Shown here one piece after another: positions 1-13,275 of a stretch of DNA of 64,000 bases (positions are counted from its first letter, which is position 1; the number at the start of each line of letters is the position of its first letter). Below the pieces are notes generated by a model. That model saw only the letters and a list, made by a program, of their open reading frames with translations. It did not search any database and was not told the origin of the DNA. The translations under genes and the position numbers were made by a program. The DNA is from Octopus bimaculoides (lineage: Eukaryota). The stretch spans positions 59,021,578 to 59,085,577 of the forward strand of contig NC_068985.1 in assembly GCF_001194135.2 (NCBI RefSeq). The letters run 5' to 3'.

Positions 1-971
1 ATATATATATATATCTTTAAATATGCGTGTGTATATGTATGTATGTAAGTATGTATGTATGTATATATACATATTTATGTATGGTTATGCAGATATGTAA
101 TATCACATTATAATTTTATGCAGTACCAAATATTTTGATATATAATTTTTAAGTGTTCCCCAACATTTGTCAGACAAATTCGCATGTTTAATGTCTCTAT
201 TGAAGCAGACCACTGCAAATCTCCGTTTCGTCTCGAAAATTATCATTACCAATATTATAGATGTGGTGAATGTCTGTACAGGCATGTAGGAGTAGACTTT
301 TCAATTATATGATATATCTCACCATCTAGGTTGTTCTGTCTCCCGCACACTGTTTCTCCCTCTTTATTCCTCTATCTTTGTTAGTTAGTTTTTATGTTTC
401 TGTTATAATTCCAGTAGGTACGATAAAAATGAATGGCTTCACTGTATTATTAGCTGTGCTCACATAGAATTTCATGTAACCTGACGTTATGTCCGAACTG
501 ATTATATCTTCCAGTTACTACACATTGAGGCGGGGAACTGACAAACGCGTTTGAGCATTATCTAATACATTTACCAATATTTGTCCCAGACTCTCTTTAT
601 TTTGCGTTCGAATCCAGGTGAAGACATTTTGATTCTTATACTTATTCTTTCGTGACCTGTAGAAACATACCAGTATAAGGCAATCGATTGACAGAATTGT
701 TAGAATGTTGGAAAAGAAGCATTGTTGTACCTTTTCCTATTTTGATAACAATGTCTTCGTTTTCTTATCGTGACACTATCGCTCATCTTTAGCCAGATAA
801 GCTTTTAAAATTTCCCTCGGAGATCAGCAGTTATATGTTTTTGCGTAGATTTTTCATTAATAGGCAATCAGTTATCTTCTACAAAATTCTTGTTCAGGCC
901 TGCTCCAGCAGGTGCAATTAATGAATCTTCATTGCCGAAAGACTTAGATAATAGTCTATCAGTATCGATGA

Positions 972-1192
972 TATGAGGGGCTGCTGAAAAGTTCCTGCTT
1001 TAAGGGTGTCGCGAAAGGCCTGGTTGGAGGCCCAAACTTCTGAGTTTTTCTACAGTGCTTGGAAAAATATAAGGATCGCTGCAATTGATATGAGAATCTG
1101 AGAAGGGAATATGTTGAATAAAATCATAATTAACAGATGCTCCTGTATTTTCTTTTACCCACAGTCAGGAACTTTTCAGCAGACCTCGCATA
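972..1192. mobile_element. Mariner-derived MITE (about 220 bp)
   Basis: TIRs TATGAGGGGCTGCTGAAAAGTTCCTG and CAGGAACTTTTCAGCAGACCTCGCATA, TA ends, non-coding interior. A partial right half of the same family lies at about 43170-43277. Confidence 0.8.
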
Positions 1193-1812
1193 TAAATTGT
1201 TACAGTACGCCTTATCGAAATGTTACTACAAACATTTGTATATAAATCTTATAACTTTGAAACTTTCAGGACAGAAGGTGTATTAGGGTACTGTGCCATA
1301 ATGTTTAATGAAACAGATGGTATCAAAAACACTTAACACGCATAAACATGCATACATAAACAAAAAAACAAGAGGCTGGTCTATGAGAAAACAAGAGTAG
1401 AAAAAGCCAACGAGCGATAGAAGAACGCCAAAAAGACCTGGATTTCCTTTTCTGTTCTTCTCGTCCTACTTTTTGCACCAACCTTCTTCGTGCTTCCCTT
1501 CTAGTTTTTTTTCTTGCGTTTTCTTATAAAACATCCTAGTCTTTCAATTCATCTAAGCCTGAAAGATTGCTTGGAGATACATAGCATTTTCTATAAATCT
1601 GCCAATGTAATGTTTCTTAAAGAATGAAACTATTAGAATTTATCTCTCACTGAATGGAGTACATTTTTGTTGATCATACCTATAATGGAACTACAAACTA
1701 TATATCTACATATGTATGGATGGATGCATGTACCTATGTATGTGTATGAATGAGTGTGTCTGTGTTTGTGTGTGAACACGTGCGTATTCTTTAGGTAACA
1801 CTTTCAGAATAA

Positions 1813-1849
<37 letters not shown>

Positions 1850-2459
1850 GAATAAAAGGATAAAATCACGTTACAGATTTCTATCAGATACTCAACATGA
1901 AAAAAAAATGTATAGTACTTTATATATTTAATTGATAATTTATATATCAAATTTATAATTATGCACACANNNNNNNNNNNNNNNNNNNNNNNNNNNNNNN
2001 NNNNNNNNNNNNNNNNNNNNNNNNNNNNNNNNNNNNNNNNNNNNNNNNNNNNNNNNNNNNNNNNNNNNNNNNNNNNNNNNNNNNNNNNNNNNNNNNNNNN
2101 NNNNNNNNNNNNNNNNNNNNNNNNNNNNNNNNNNNNNNNNNNNNNNNNNNNNNNNNNNNNNNNNNNNNNNNNNNNNNNNNNNNNNNNNNNNNNNNNACAT
2201 ATACATACATATATATGCGTGGTGCTTGTGCGTGCCTAGACACTCAGTTCTTAATGCACTGCTTCTTATGTTCACAAGACCTATAACCGAATGATTTCCA
2301 TTCTGTATCTCTTTTGCTCTGTTATTATTTCATTAATCTTGCATTGTGCTCTCTATTCGACTAATGCTTTATTCAGAGTCATATGCACATTGCGATTCTA
2401 ACAACAGGTTATTAGGATAACTGTGCCGAAACGAAAGCATTATACACACACACACAACA

Positions 2460-2512
<53 letters not shown>

Positions 2513-3228
2513 TCACGCACACTCACATACACATACACGCACGTGTATATACATATACGTTTGTGTATATCAAAGAAAATAGTTCATGAGATTGCGTTTC
2601 AGCTTATCAAATTGACGACTAATAAGGACGACAGTATACTTGTAATGTGTATACCTGTGTGTAATTTCAGTTAAAGGGGACATAGTACGTGTTGCGCGTG
2701 AGGATCTACTGCAGTTGGTTGGTATAGACGACAATTAGTTGATGGCTGATAGAGGCTTGAAGCATAGTAGCGAATGACGAAGTCCGGGAAAAAGACGTAT
2801 ATATCTTGAGTTTGAATGTATTGGGTTTCTTTTGTATAATGTTTTCAGAAATGTTGATGTGACCATAAAAGGGGATTGTGTATAGGAAGCTTAACGAACT
2901 GAGAAATATACGAGGATATTTTGTAACAGGTTCCATATAATCTCTGTCTAAGACGTTGTGTGTGCGCACGCATGTGTTTGTGTGTGTGTGTGTGTGAGTG
3001 TGTGTGCAATGGAGACTTTCTGGAATTTGGTTCAATATTAGTGGGTCTTGATGGCATGTTAATACTTGAGGAGATTGTAGATTTCAGAGGTGAAATGATA
3101 AAGAGTCTTAGAGGGTTATAACAAACGGTACCACTGGATTGATATCATTTTCCACTCACATACACATACACACACACATACACATACACACATACACACA
3201 TACACACACACGCAAACACACACGCACA

Positions 3229-3265
<37 letters not shown>

Positions 3266-3589
3266 NNNNNNNNNNNNNNNNNNNNNNNNNNNNNNNNNNN
3301 NNNNNNNNNNNNNNNNNNNNNNNNNNNNNNNNNNNNNNNNNNNNNNNNNNNNNNNNNNNNNNNNNNNNNNNNNNNNNNNNNNNNNNNNNNNNNNNNNNNN
3401 NNNNNNNNNNNNNNNNNNNNNNNNNNNNNNNNNNNNNNNNNNNNNNNNNNNNNNNNNNNNNNNNNNNNNNNNNNNNNNNNNNNNNNNNNNNNNNNNNNNN
3501 NNNNNNNNNNNNNNNNNNNNNNNNNNNNNNNNNNNNNTATATATGTGTGTGTGTATGTATGTATGTATGTATGTATGTATGTATGTATA

Positions 3590-3622
3590 CTAGCAGAGAT
3601 ACACGACCTTGCTCGGGATTAA
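3590..3622 (-). mobile_element. Helitron 3' terminal tip
   Basis: Minus strand AATCCCGAGCAAGGTCGTGTATCTCTGCTAG|T is closely similar to the Helitron 3' end at 31675-31706. Confidence 0.55.
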
Positions 3623-3636
3623 AATCGCATAGATTT

Positions 3637-3942
3637 TTATTGCTTTACTTGTTTCAGTCATGTGATTGCGGCCATGGTGGTGCACCGTCGTTGGTCGAAG
3701 AAATCAACCACAGGATTTATTCTTTGTAAGCCTAGTACTCATTCTGTCAGTGTCTTTTACGAAACCGCTAAGTTATAGGAATGTAAACACAGCAACATCA
3801 GTTGTCAAGGAATGGTGGGGGTACCGACACAAGACACAGGCACACACATATACAAATATACACATATATACGACAGTCTTCTTTCAGTTTCCTAGTACGA
3901 ATTCCACTCACAAGATTTTGATCAGCCTGAGGCTATAGTAAG
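3637..3942 (-). mobile_element. Octopus-type SINE, 5'-truncated
   Basis: Alignable by eye to the complete copies at 23995-24395 and 48305-48706 (tttacttgtttcagtca...gtaagcctagtact...ccactcacaag...gaggctatagta). Confidence 0.85.
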
Positions 3943-4970
3943 CATATATATGTGTGTGTGTGTGTGTGTGTATGTGTGTGTGTATGTGTGTATGTGTGTG
4001 TGTTTTCTGTGCGAATGGTTTTATTATACGGTGCCGTATTTTACATTACTGTAAATAATAATAATGATATTTTTATATGAGCTTAAAGTTTATCCCTTTC
4101 ACCGTGCAAAATAGTCTAATAACGGAGCATATAAGCCCTCGACAGAAAAAAGAAGGCTTTCCATCCGCGTGGGACGCGAATCCATATCCCTTTGTTAACA
4201 TGACTGTGTGTGTTACCTTCATACACGGATAGGAAAGCCTAGTCATTGCATAGTGAACGCCATAAACAAGCTTATATAAAAAAAATACCATTATTATTGT
4301 TATTTACATGATTGTAAAATATGACATCGTATAACAAAACCATTTGCACCGAAAGCATATATATATANNNNNNNNNNNNNNNNNNNNNNNNNNNNNNNNN
4401 NNNNNNNNNNNNNNNNNNNNNNNNNNNNNNNNNNNNNNNNNNNNNNNNNNNNNNNNNNNNNNNNNNNNNNNNNNNNNNNNNNNNNNNNNNNNNNNNNNNN
4501 NNNNNNNNNNNNNNNNNNNNNNNNNNNNNNNNNNNNNNNNNNNNNNNNNNNNNNNNNNNNNNNNNNNNNNNNNNNNNNNNNNNNNNNNNNNNNNNNNNNN
4601 NNNNNNNNNNNNNNNNNNNNNNNNNNNNNNNNNNNNNNNNNNNNNNNNNNNNNNNNNNNNNNNNNNNNNNNNNNNNNNNNNNNNNNNNNNNNNNNNNNNN
4701 NNNNNNNNNNNNNNNNNNNNNNNNNNNNNNNNNNNNNNNNNNNNNNNNNNNNNNNNNNNNNNNNNNNNNNNNNNNNNNNNNNNNNNNNNNNNNNNNNNNN
4801 NNNNNNNNNNNNNNNNNNNNNNNNNNNNNNNNNNNNNNNNNNNNNNNNNNNNNNNNNNNNNNNNNNNNNNNNNNNNNNNNNNNAACAAGAACAAGGTACC
4901 AGATATATATCTGTTATACATACGTGTGTGTGTATGTGTGTGTGTGTGTGTGAGTGTGTGTGTGTGTATG

Positions 4971-5034
<64 letters not shown>

Positions 5035-5039
5035 TTCAT

Positions 5040-5200
5040 ATGTTTGACTTTTGGGGATGTACTACGGTGACAGCTACTCTCTACTAGTGATCTAAGGTAA
5101 CAGCCCTTATCTTTCGAGCACCCTTCGCAGTACTCGAGCGGTTTAAAGCAGTGCTTTTTTGTGCAAGTGCTCCACCCTGCAATAAAGATGGAGCACTTGC
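5040..5200 (-). mobile_element. 3' tip of an R4/Dong-type element (same subfamily as 52007-55470) between two (ATT)n tracts
   Basis: Minus strand gtggagcacttgcacaaaaagcactgctttaaaccgctcgagtactgcgaagggtgctcgaaa...gttaccttag matches 55330-55410. Confidence 0.7.
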
Positions 5201-5211
5201 GAAAACCAGCA

Positions 5212-5283
<72 letters not shown>

Positions 5284-5286
<3 letters not shown>

Positions 5287-7430
5287 GTTTGACTTCTGCT
5301 TTGTATTTGTACAAGTTGACTCCAAGTTTCACCCAGAGACCTCAAGAGACAACAAATTAGAAGTTCATGTTGGTCTTATGCCCAGGGTGTCATATATTTG
5401 GTTTTTCACATAGTATTGTTCTAGAGAGTGTTTAAGTAAACATAAGAAAATTATGAGTTTGTTTTAAAACTTGAGATTACATAGAGAGTATTTTATGTAG
5501 GATATGGGCAGTTCCCATGAGCATTATCTTTTGAATTTCTGCCATTTTGAAAATACCTGGTATCTGAGCTAGGTAAGAATCAACCCCTTTTGCTATCTTT
5601 CCTAGGGCACCTATGACAACAGGTATTGTTTTAGTCTTGAGGTTCCACATCTTACCAATTTCTATTTCAAGATTTTTACACTTGCTCAGATTTGGAAGGT
5701 TTTGACAGATACGTTTATGTCGATTGGAACAGTCATATCAATGAGGAGGCATGATTTTTTCTTAAGTCTTTCAATATAATGCCTGGCCTATTCGCATCTG
5801 TCTTTCTGTTAGTTTTAATGGTGAAGTTTTAGAGGAGTGATATTTGATCATGTTGAAACACTAGAGGTGGTTTGTGTTCCCACTAATTTTTATGATGCGA
5901 CAGGTCCAGGTTTTTGCAAATTAGACTTTGAGTATATTGTGCTGCGCAATCATGCCTGTTCAGATACTCTGTAGGCGCAAGCAGACTGCACATGGAGACA
6001 ACATGACTAATGGTTTCATTTTCTTGTTGACATACATAACATGTTGGGCTACTGCCATGCTTTAATATGTTGGCCTGATAGTTCCTTGTAGGTAGGCATT
6101 GATCTTGGGCTGCTATGATAAACCCTTATGTTTCTGATTATAAGCCAGAAGGCACTAACCATTGATGGGTAAGGTCTTTGTCAACATCGGCACTATTAGC
6201 TCTCTTTGGGTATTTGCCAATGAGAGGTTTTGCTTGTCATTTATCAGTAAGAATATCTATGACAGCAGTTCTAGCACGGGTTTACGTCTAATACTGGAAT
6301 TTGTTGTATTTGAAATTCACTTAGATATTCCTTTACCTGTTTTATTACTGAGTATATTTTCATGCTTCGAGACAAGTTTTAACATCCAGTTATCAGAAAT
6401 TTTTAGGTAGGTGTCTAGGCCAATTGTCGAAATCTTCATTGTTAATTCTAATTGTAAAAGTCTACAGCCACCCTCTTTTCTTGGCAGATAAAGTCGTTCT
6501 ATATCTGCCTTAAGGTGGTGCATTCTATGCATTGTCAACAATTTTCATATTTTACTGTCACGATTACATATTTCTGTGATCGACATGTTTATAAAAATTG
6601 AGACTGTAAGGCACGACGAGTATGGCTAAAGTATTGATCGCTTCGATCCTGTTTCTTGCATTCAGCTCTGTCTTGAATATTGCCTTTTCCCTGCGATAAC
6701 ATTCTCTTCTGACCCTTTCCCTCATCACTGAATGTTTGATTCCGTCCCCTTCAAATACCCCTAGGGATTTGTATCTCTCAGCTGGTTCTAAATCCTCTAT
6801 GACATTCTGATGGTCAAGATTAACGTTGGATTTTTCTGTCATTTTACCATTGGTAAAAGTAGCTTTTACATATTTATCGAGGCCAAACTGCATCCTGATG
6901 TCACCACTGAATTGTTTAACAATCGCTAGTAAGCCCTGTAGTTGTTGGTCATTTATTGAGAAGAGGTTAATCATCCATGTAAATGAGATGTTTTATATTC
7001 TTATCAAACCTTTTATAGTCGTATCATACATCATCGAGCAATTTCGAGAGTGGCATTAAGGCTGGACAAAAGAGGAGTGATGATAGAGAGTCACCCTGGA
7101 ATATGTCACATGAAATTCTTACATCTCCAGCGTTAAGAGATTCATTGTCACTGTTCAAAGTCAGTATGGTTCAACATGATCTCATACTTACAGACAGGAA
7201 GTTTCGCAGAGTAGGAGCTATTTTATACATTTCCAGACATTTCTTACTCCAGCTAAGTGGTAGACTATCAAAAGCTTTTTTTATAGTCTATCCAGGCTAT
7301 CGACAAGATTTTCTGTAGTTTGTGAAAACTTCCGAGATCATCTTATTGATGAGTAGCTGATCTTTACAACAATAGGACCCCCGTTTACCTCTTTTTGCTC
7401 ATTAGGGAATATGCCACTTTCTAATTAAAA
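5284..7430 (-). mobile_element. R4/Dong-type non-LTR retrotransposon, 5'-truncated and degenerate (RT, CCHC, RLE)
   Basis: ORF fragments LQGLLAIVKQFSGDIRMQFGLDK, YKSLGVFEGDGIKH, INTLAILVVPYS, HLKADIERLYLPRKEGG. The C-terminus reads KIMLMGTAHILHKILS. The 3' UTR runs into (TAA)n. Confidence 0.9.
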
Positions 7431-8003
7431 AACTATAGGTATATTCAGTCAAGACAGATGTTAGTATTTAATACATTGTTGTGAAGCAGGTTATGGGTCT
7501 TTTTTTTTTTGTGTGTTTTTAAACTCATCAATTATTCACTCTGTGTTAGTTCGAAAACTAAAAAAAATGTTTTTTTTTGCTTCGTTTGTGACACGTGTTT
7601 TCATACGCGTGTATGCGTATCCTGTAAATTTCACGTAGTTGTGTAAACATTGGGATGTAAGTGAAGTCCTATGGGTATTAAAAGGTATACATGAATGTGT
7701 AGACGTTCGATTGTATGAGTAATTAAGGAACTTATGTACTTACTGTTTTGTTTCATTTATATTTCATAATTTGTAAACTTTCTGATTTTCATTACGCGAG
7801 TGTATCTAGCACATGTTTCACTGAAACATCACGCGATTATTTTCGCTAAATGGCCGCTTCCTTCAAGTCTTACACAGTTTCCTTTATCCCATTCCACCGA
7901 TGCTATTAGATTAGATTTGTTTTTGAATAGAGAGCCTGGTGTAGCACATCCCTGTTGTTATTCTGCACGGAGCTGAACCTTCTTCTTCTTCTTCTTCTTC
8001 TTC

Positions 8004-8046
<43 letters not shown>

Positions 8047-8116
8047 CATTATTATTATTATTATTATTGTTGTTGTTGTTGTTGTTGTTATTGTTATTAT
8101 TATTATTATTATTATT

Positions 8117-8671
8117 GAGTTAGAGAGCAGGCCATGCTATCAAAGTGACACTAGGGTAAAATAGAGGAAACTCAGAATACCTATCATCATTACCCACCTG
8201 TTAAGGGTGCAGAAGGCACATGCATCACAACCATATGTGCGCGCTATGTTGATCTCATATCAAGATAAATAACGCCTGACTTTGCAGGTGGGACCCAGTT
8301 AGAATTATCTCCAGGTTGAGTAGCCCATCTCGCTCAAAAGGTCCCTGAATAAGGATTATTTAAGGATGTTGATCGAAACACCCATGTTTCCAAAGGTGAA
8401 TTTTCCAAACCTCAGAGAATTCCACTCAATACATGGATATGATGTACCCCCACTACTTCTGATCGTGATCAGAGAAGGTCATTTTGTCAGCCACTAATGG
8501 ACATGCTCAACTAATTAATGTCAAACAGCTGACAAGCAAATCTGTGGTACTGAGCAGAATATTTGCTGTACACTATCTTTTATACCAAGACAAAACAATG
8601 TACATGATAACACTCCCAATCAGTTAAGATCAGAAACCATAAGAGTCATTGCCTGGTATTGCATCAGGGCA
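8117..8671 (-). mobile_element. About 550-bp non-coding interspersed repeat inserted in (ATT)n
   Basis: Flanked on both sides by (ATT)n. Its left end recurs, also next to (ATT)n, at 30406-30510. Orientation is inferred. Confidence 0.7.
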
Positions 8672-8716
8672 TATTATTATTACTATATTTATTATTATTA
8701 TTATTATTATTATTAC

Positions 8717-8789
<73 letters not shown>

Positions 8790-8792
<3 letters not shown>

Positions 8793-9062
8793 TAGTTTTA
8801 TTTTTATAACGTGCTTTCACTTCACTACCGAGCGCAGCTCTGTGCGCTTTGGGTATGTGCTTTGGTTTGCTGTGGTGCTCTTATGTTTACTGTAATGAAA
8901 GTGTTTTGCGTAGAATGTGTGCAGTACCCAGTAGTGCAATTTTCTGTATGTTATATATATTTGTAAGTCCTGCTATTTTTGTTATGTATTTGTCTGAATA
9001 TTTTTTTATTATACCTAAGGCACCTACTATGATAGGAATTGTTTCTGTTTTTAGATTCCACA
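8790..9062 (-). mobile_element. R4/Dong-type element 3' end (same subfamily as 19232-19955), running into a gap
   Basis: WNLKTETIPIIVGALGIIKKYSDKYITKIAGLTNIYNIQKIALLGTAHILRKTLS plus a 3' UTR that ends in (TAA)n. Confidence 0.92.
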
Positions 9063-10225
9063 NNNNNNNNNNNNNNNNNNNNNNNNNNNNNNNNNNNNNN
9101 NNNNNNNNNNNNNNNNNNNNNNNNNNNNNNNNNNNNNNNNNNNNNNNNNNNNNNNNNNNNNNNNNNNNNNNNNNNNNNNNNNNNNNNNNNNNNNNNNNNN
9201 NNNNNNNNNNNNNNNNNNNNNNNNNNNNNNNNNNNNNNNNNNNNNNNNNNNNNNNNNNNNNNNNNNNNNNNNNNNNNNNNNNNNNNNNNNNNNNNNNNNN
9301 NNNNNNNNNNNNNNNNNNNNNNNNNNNNNNNNNNNNNNNNNNNNNNNNNNNNNNNNNNNNNNNNNNNNNNNNNNNNNNNNNNNNNNNNNNNNNNNNNNNN
9401 NNNNNNNNNNNNNNNNNNNNNNNNNNNNNNNNNNNNNNNNNNNNNNNNNNNNNNNNNNNNNNNNNNNNNNNNNNNNNNNNNNNNNNNNNNNNNNNNNNNN
9501 NNNNNNNNNNNNNNNNNNNNNNNNNNNNNNNNNNNNNNNNNNNNNNNNNNNNNNNNNNNNNNNNNNNNNNNNNNNNNNNNNNNNNNNNNNNNNNNNNNNN
9601 NNNNNNNNNNNNNNNNNNNNNNNNNNNNNNNNNNNNNNNNNNNNNNNNNNNNNNNNNNNNNNNNNNNNNNNNNNNNNNNNNNNNNNNNNNNNNNNNNNNN
9701 NNNNNNNNNNNNNNNNNNNNNNNNNNNNNNNNNNNNNNNNNNNNNNNNNNNNNNNNNNNNNNNNNNNNNNNNNNNNNNNNNNNNNNNNNNNNNNNNNNNN
9801 NNNNNNNNNNNNNNNNNNNNNNNNNNNNNNNNNNNNNNNNNNNNNNNNNNNNNNNNNNNNNNNNNNNNNNNNNNNNNNNNNNNNNNNNNNNATATATATG
9901 TACGTATGTATGTATGTATGTATGTATGAATGCATGTATATAAATACACATACACATACACATACATATATATTCGAAATCATATTATTTTCAGTATCCG
10001 TGCCACAAAGGAGTTTCCTTCCCTTTTACTTCTAGTTAGATCGCCAAAGGCGAGCACTTCCATATTTTTATCTTTCAGAATATATTGAATTCATTGAAAG
10101 TGCTCCCCATTATATCGACATCTGAGAGCATAGTCCCCACGTGTATGCGTTTATGTATGTGTGTATGTATATATGTCTGTATGTATGTATGTACGTATGT
10201 ATGTATGTATGTATCTATCTATCTA

Positions 10226-10306
<81 letters not shown>

Positions 10307-10766
10307 GCCAATCTACATGCACCGACAGAACATATGCTACAATTATTCCAATTTAATATATACCATTAAATTTAAATCTTCACCGATATCCTTTTAAAAT
10401 CAAACACTAAATCTATTCGAATACGTAAAGTTTGAAAGATCGTTCATACTTGTTTCTACCTGGAATATCTTGCTTATTATTGTGTACGTTGATTTGTAGC
10501 TGTACTTTCTGTAACCTAAGAGCATGCGCATATTAATATATGTAAGTAATGAGTCATTGCAATGTGGCTCTAGAGGCTAAGATGGCTGTGGCAAAACTTT
10601 CAAAATGATAATAAAATAATGTTCATTATGTTAAATTATGCTTCTATTGTCATTGAGAAATACGGTTCGAAATATGGTTAACTCACTACATATGGATGTG
10701 AACGTGCCTGGGTGCGTGTAGGCATACGAGCGTGTACGCGCCTGTGTGTGTATTTATATATATATG

Positions 10767-10825
<59 letters not shown>

Positions 10826-10951
10826 GTTTGTATATATGTATTTAGTCATGTGCATGGTGATGTGTGCATATATGCATCATATATATATGTATATATATGC
10901 ATATATATATGTACACATATATATATATACATATATATATATATATTCATA

Positions 10952-11009
<58 letters not shown>

Positions 11010-11329
11010 TTTGTGAACGTGTATATATGTGAGTGTGCTTGTGTATCCTTGTATGTTTTTTTGTGTGTAATTAAGTGTACGTACGGTTTATCCGTATGGA
11101 TAATATCGGTTTCTGTTATTTTTGTCAAATTATCCGAAACCGATAGGTAGAATTTCTCTTTAGAATTAGAAGTTTTGACCGGAAATGTTTACAAGATATT
11201 TGTCTAATCTGAAGGTATGTATTAGACAGGTTACAGCGTCAAGTTAAATTACTGTACTAAACCTACTGCGTAACAACCATGCCACTGGCGTTACCGTTGT
11301 TATTGTTCTTGGTGTTGTGTGTTAAGGAT

Positions 11330-11830
11330 GATTGTGATGCTTACACCAAGTATAAATCCGACCAAACAAAACTCCGTACAAACATGTTCAAAACATAGAA
11401 ATTCCCTATGTTTTTGTCAGACTATGTTTATTTGAACCTGGAAATACACTATGTTTTAGTTGATATTTCGGAGAAAGTTGTGCCTCGGTTCATGTATATA
11501 CGCCTGTATGTGGTTATATATCAAGTGCACTTCGGTGTTCCTTTGGGCTAAGCTTCTTGCATTCATTTTCAATAAGCCTTACAGCCTCACCTTTATCACT
11601 ATACACCCTGCATTTGTCACTTTCTGGTGTATTATCAATCACACGTTTGGTGTCATTTCTCCTATGTACATTATCCTGCACGGAGCAGAGAAGCGATTCT
11701 GTCCTTGGCTTGAATTCACTCACTTTTTAATCAGTGCCACCTTCCATTGGTAGTTTACTTCTGTCACCTCTCACGCAAACTGCCCGTGCGTCTTTTTCCA
11801 TCCCATTTTCTTTCGTCTTCATCAGCATGT
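11330..11830 (-). mobile_element. R4/Dong-type internal fragment (zinc-knuckle region), old
   Basis: FKPRTESLLCSVQDNVHRRNDTKRVIDNTPESDKCRVYSDKGEAVRLIENECKKLSPKEH parallels 54755-54960 (LKQETESPVFAPQEQALRNNYIKYRIDNSSESDKCRICGQYGETVWHITSRCTPLAQKEY). Confidence 0.8.
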
Positions 11831-12739
11831 CTGAATGTATGTGATTCTGATTCATAGCAAATCATAACTGATATTGTTGTTGTGTAATCCCATTCATAAA
11901 CTGAAATAGAACGCCTATAACAAAATTTATCAAACCAAGTCCACCAGGTATTTGTTTCTAGCCATAATATACTTAAGTCACTATTTGAGGGATATATAAC
12001 CGCTATGTGATATAGTAGAGCATCTCCCGTTATTTCATTAGATGATGATCAAATTAAATTAAACTTTTATTTGGTTTTGATAAAATTCATTGCATGTATT
12101 GACACGTTAAGTGAATTATCACACTGGCTCACACAGATAATTTTCTTAGACAAACCAGTCTAGTTATATGCATGGCACAATTTCTCAACAATTCGGTGCG
12201 AGTTTTAATTACAATATAGGCACACACTAATATATTGTCATTTATCTTCATTCACTGGATTCCGGCCTTGCGGAGGCAACATCTTAAAGAAATTTTAATC
12301 GAACAAATCCACTCCAATGCTTGATTTCCTTTTTCAAGTTGGACTTAATCTAGCGATCTCTTTTGCTTAACGGCTATGTTACTAGGATCTAAACACTCCA
12401 GCCTGGATTGCCAAACGTTAGTGGCGGTGGGGACACAGAAACAAAAGCCACACACATATATACATATATACAACTTTGGTGATAGAAACAGGGAAAATAC
12501 AATTAAACATATGAGTATATGTATATTTTCATTCATATTTAGTAGACACAAGAGTGACTCAAGGGCCAAGAGTTTCGTGCCTTGGCACTAGTTTGTTAAC
12601 TGCCAACGCACGAAACTCTAGGTTCTTGGGTTAACTTACTTCTGCAAAATTTTAATATATATACATACACACATACACACACACACATACCCACGCACGC
12701 ACGCACACAAATACACACACATATCCACGCACGCACACA

Positions 12740-12817
<78 letters not shown>

Positions 12818-13275
12818 NNNNNNNNNNNNNNNNNNNNNNNNNNNNNNNNNNNNNNNNNNNNNNNNNNNNNNNNNNNNNNNNNNNNNNNNNNNNNNNNNNN
12901 NNNNNNNNNNNNNNNNNNNNNNNNNNNNNNNNNNNNNNNNNNNNNNNNNNNNNNNNNNNNNNNNNNNNNNNNNNNNNNNNNNNNNNNNNNNNNNNNNNNN
13001 NNNNNNNNNNNNNNNNNNNNNNNNNNNNNNNNNNNNNNNNNNNNNNNNNNNNNNNNNNNNNNNNNNNNNNNNNNNNNNNNNNNNNNNNNNNNNNNNNNNN
13101 NNNNNNNNNNNNNNNNNNNNNNNNNNNNNNNNNNNNNNNNNNNNNNNNNNNNNNNNNNNNNNNNNNNNNNNNNNNNNNNNNNNNNNNNNNNNNNNNNNNN
13201 NNNNNNNNNNNNNNNNNNNNNNNNNNNNNNNNNNNNNNNNNNNNNNNNNNNNNNNNNNNNNNNNNNNNNNNNNNN

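Noticed and set aside
103-285. Minus-strand 60-aa ORF with a reasonable splice acceptor
   Set aside because: There is no recognisable homology and no linked exons; the plus strand has an equally unconvincing open frame.
8290-8430. Possible HDV-like ribozyme in the 550-bp repeat (GGGACC/GGTCCC pairing and a CTAA motif on the minus strand)
   Set aside because: I could not build consistent P1, P1.1 and P3 helices by hand; this needs a descriptor search.
8651-8663. CCTGGTATTGCA match to the U2 snRNA 3' region
   Set aside because: Only about 12 nt match, with no other U2 features; it is the end of an interspersed repeat.
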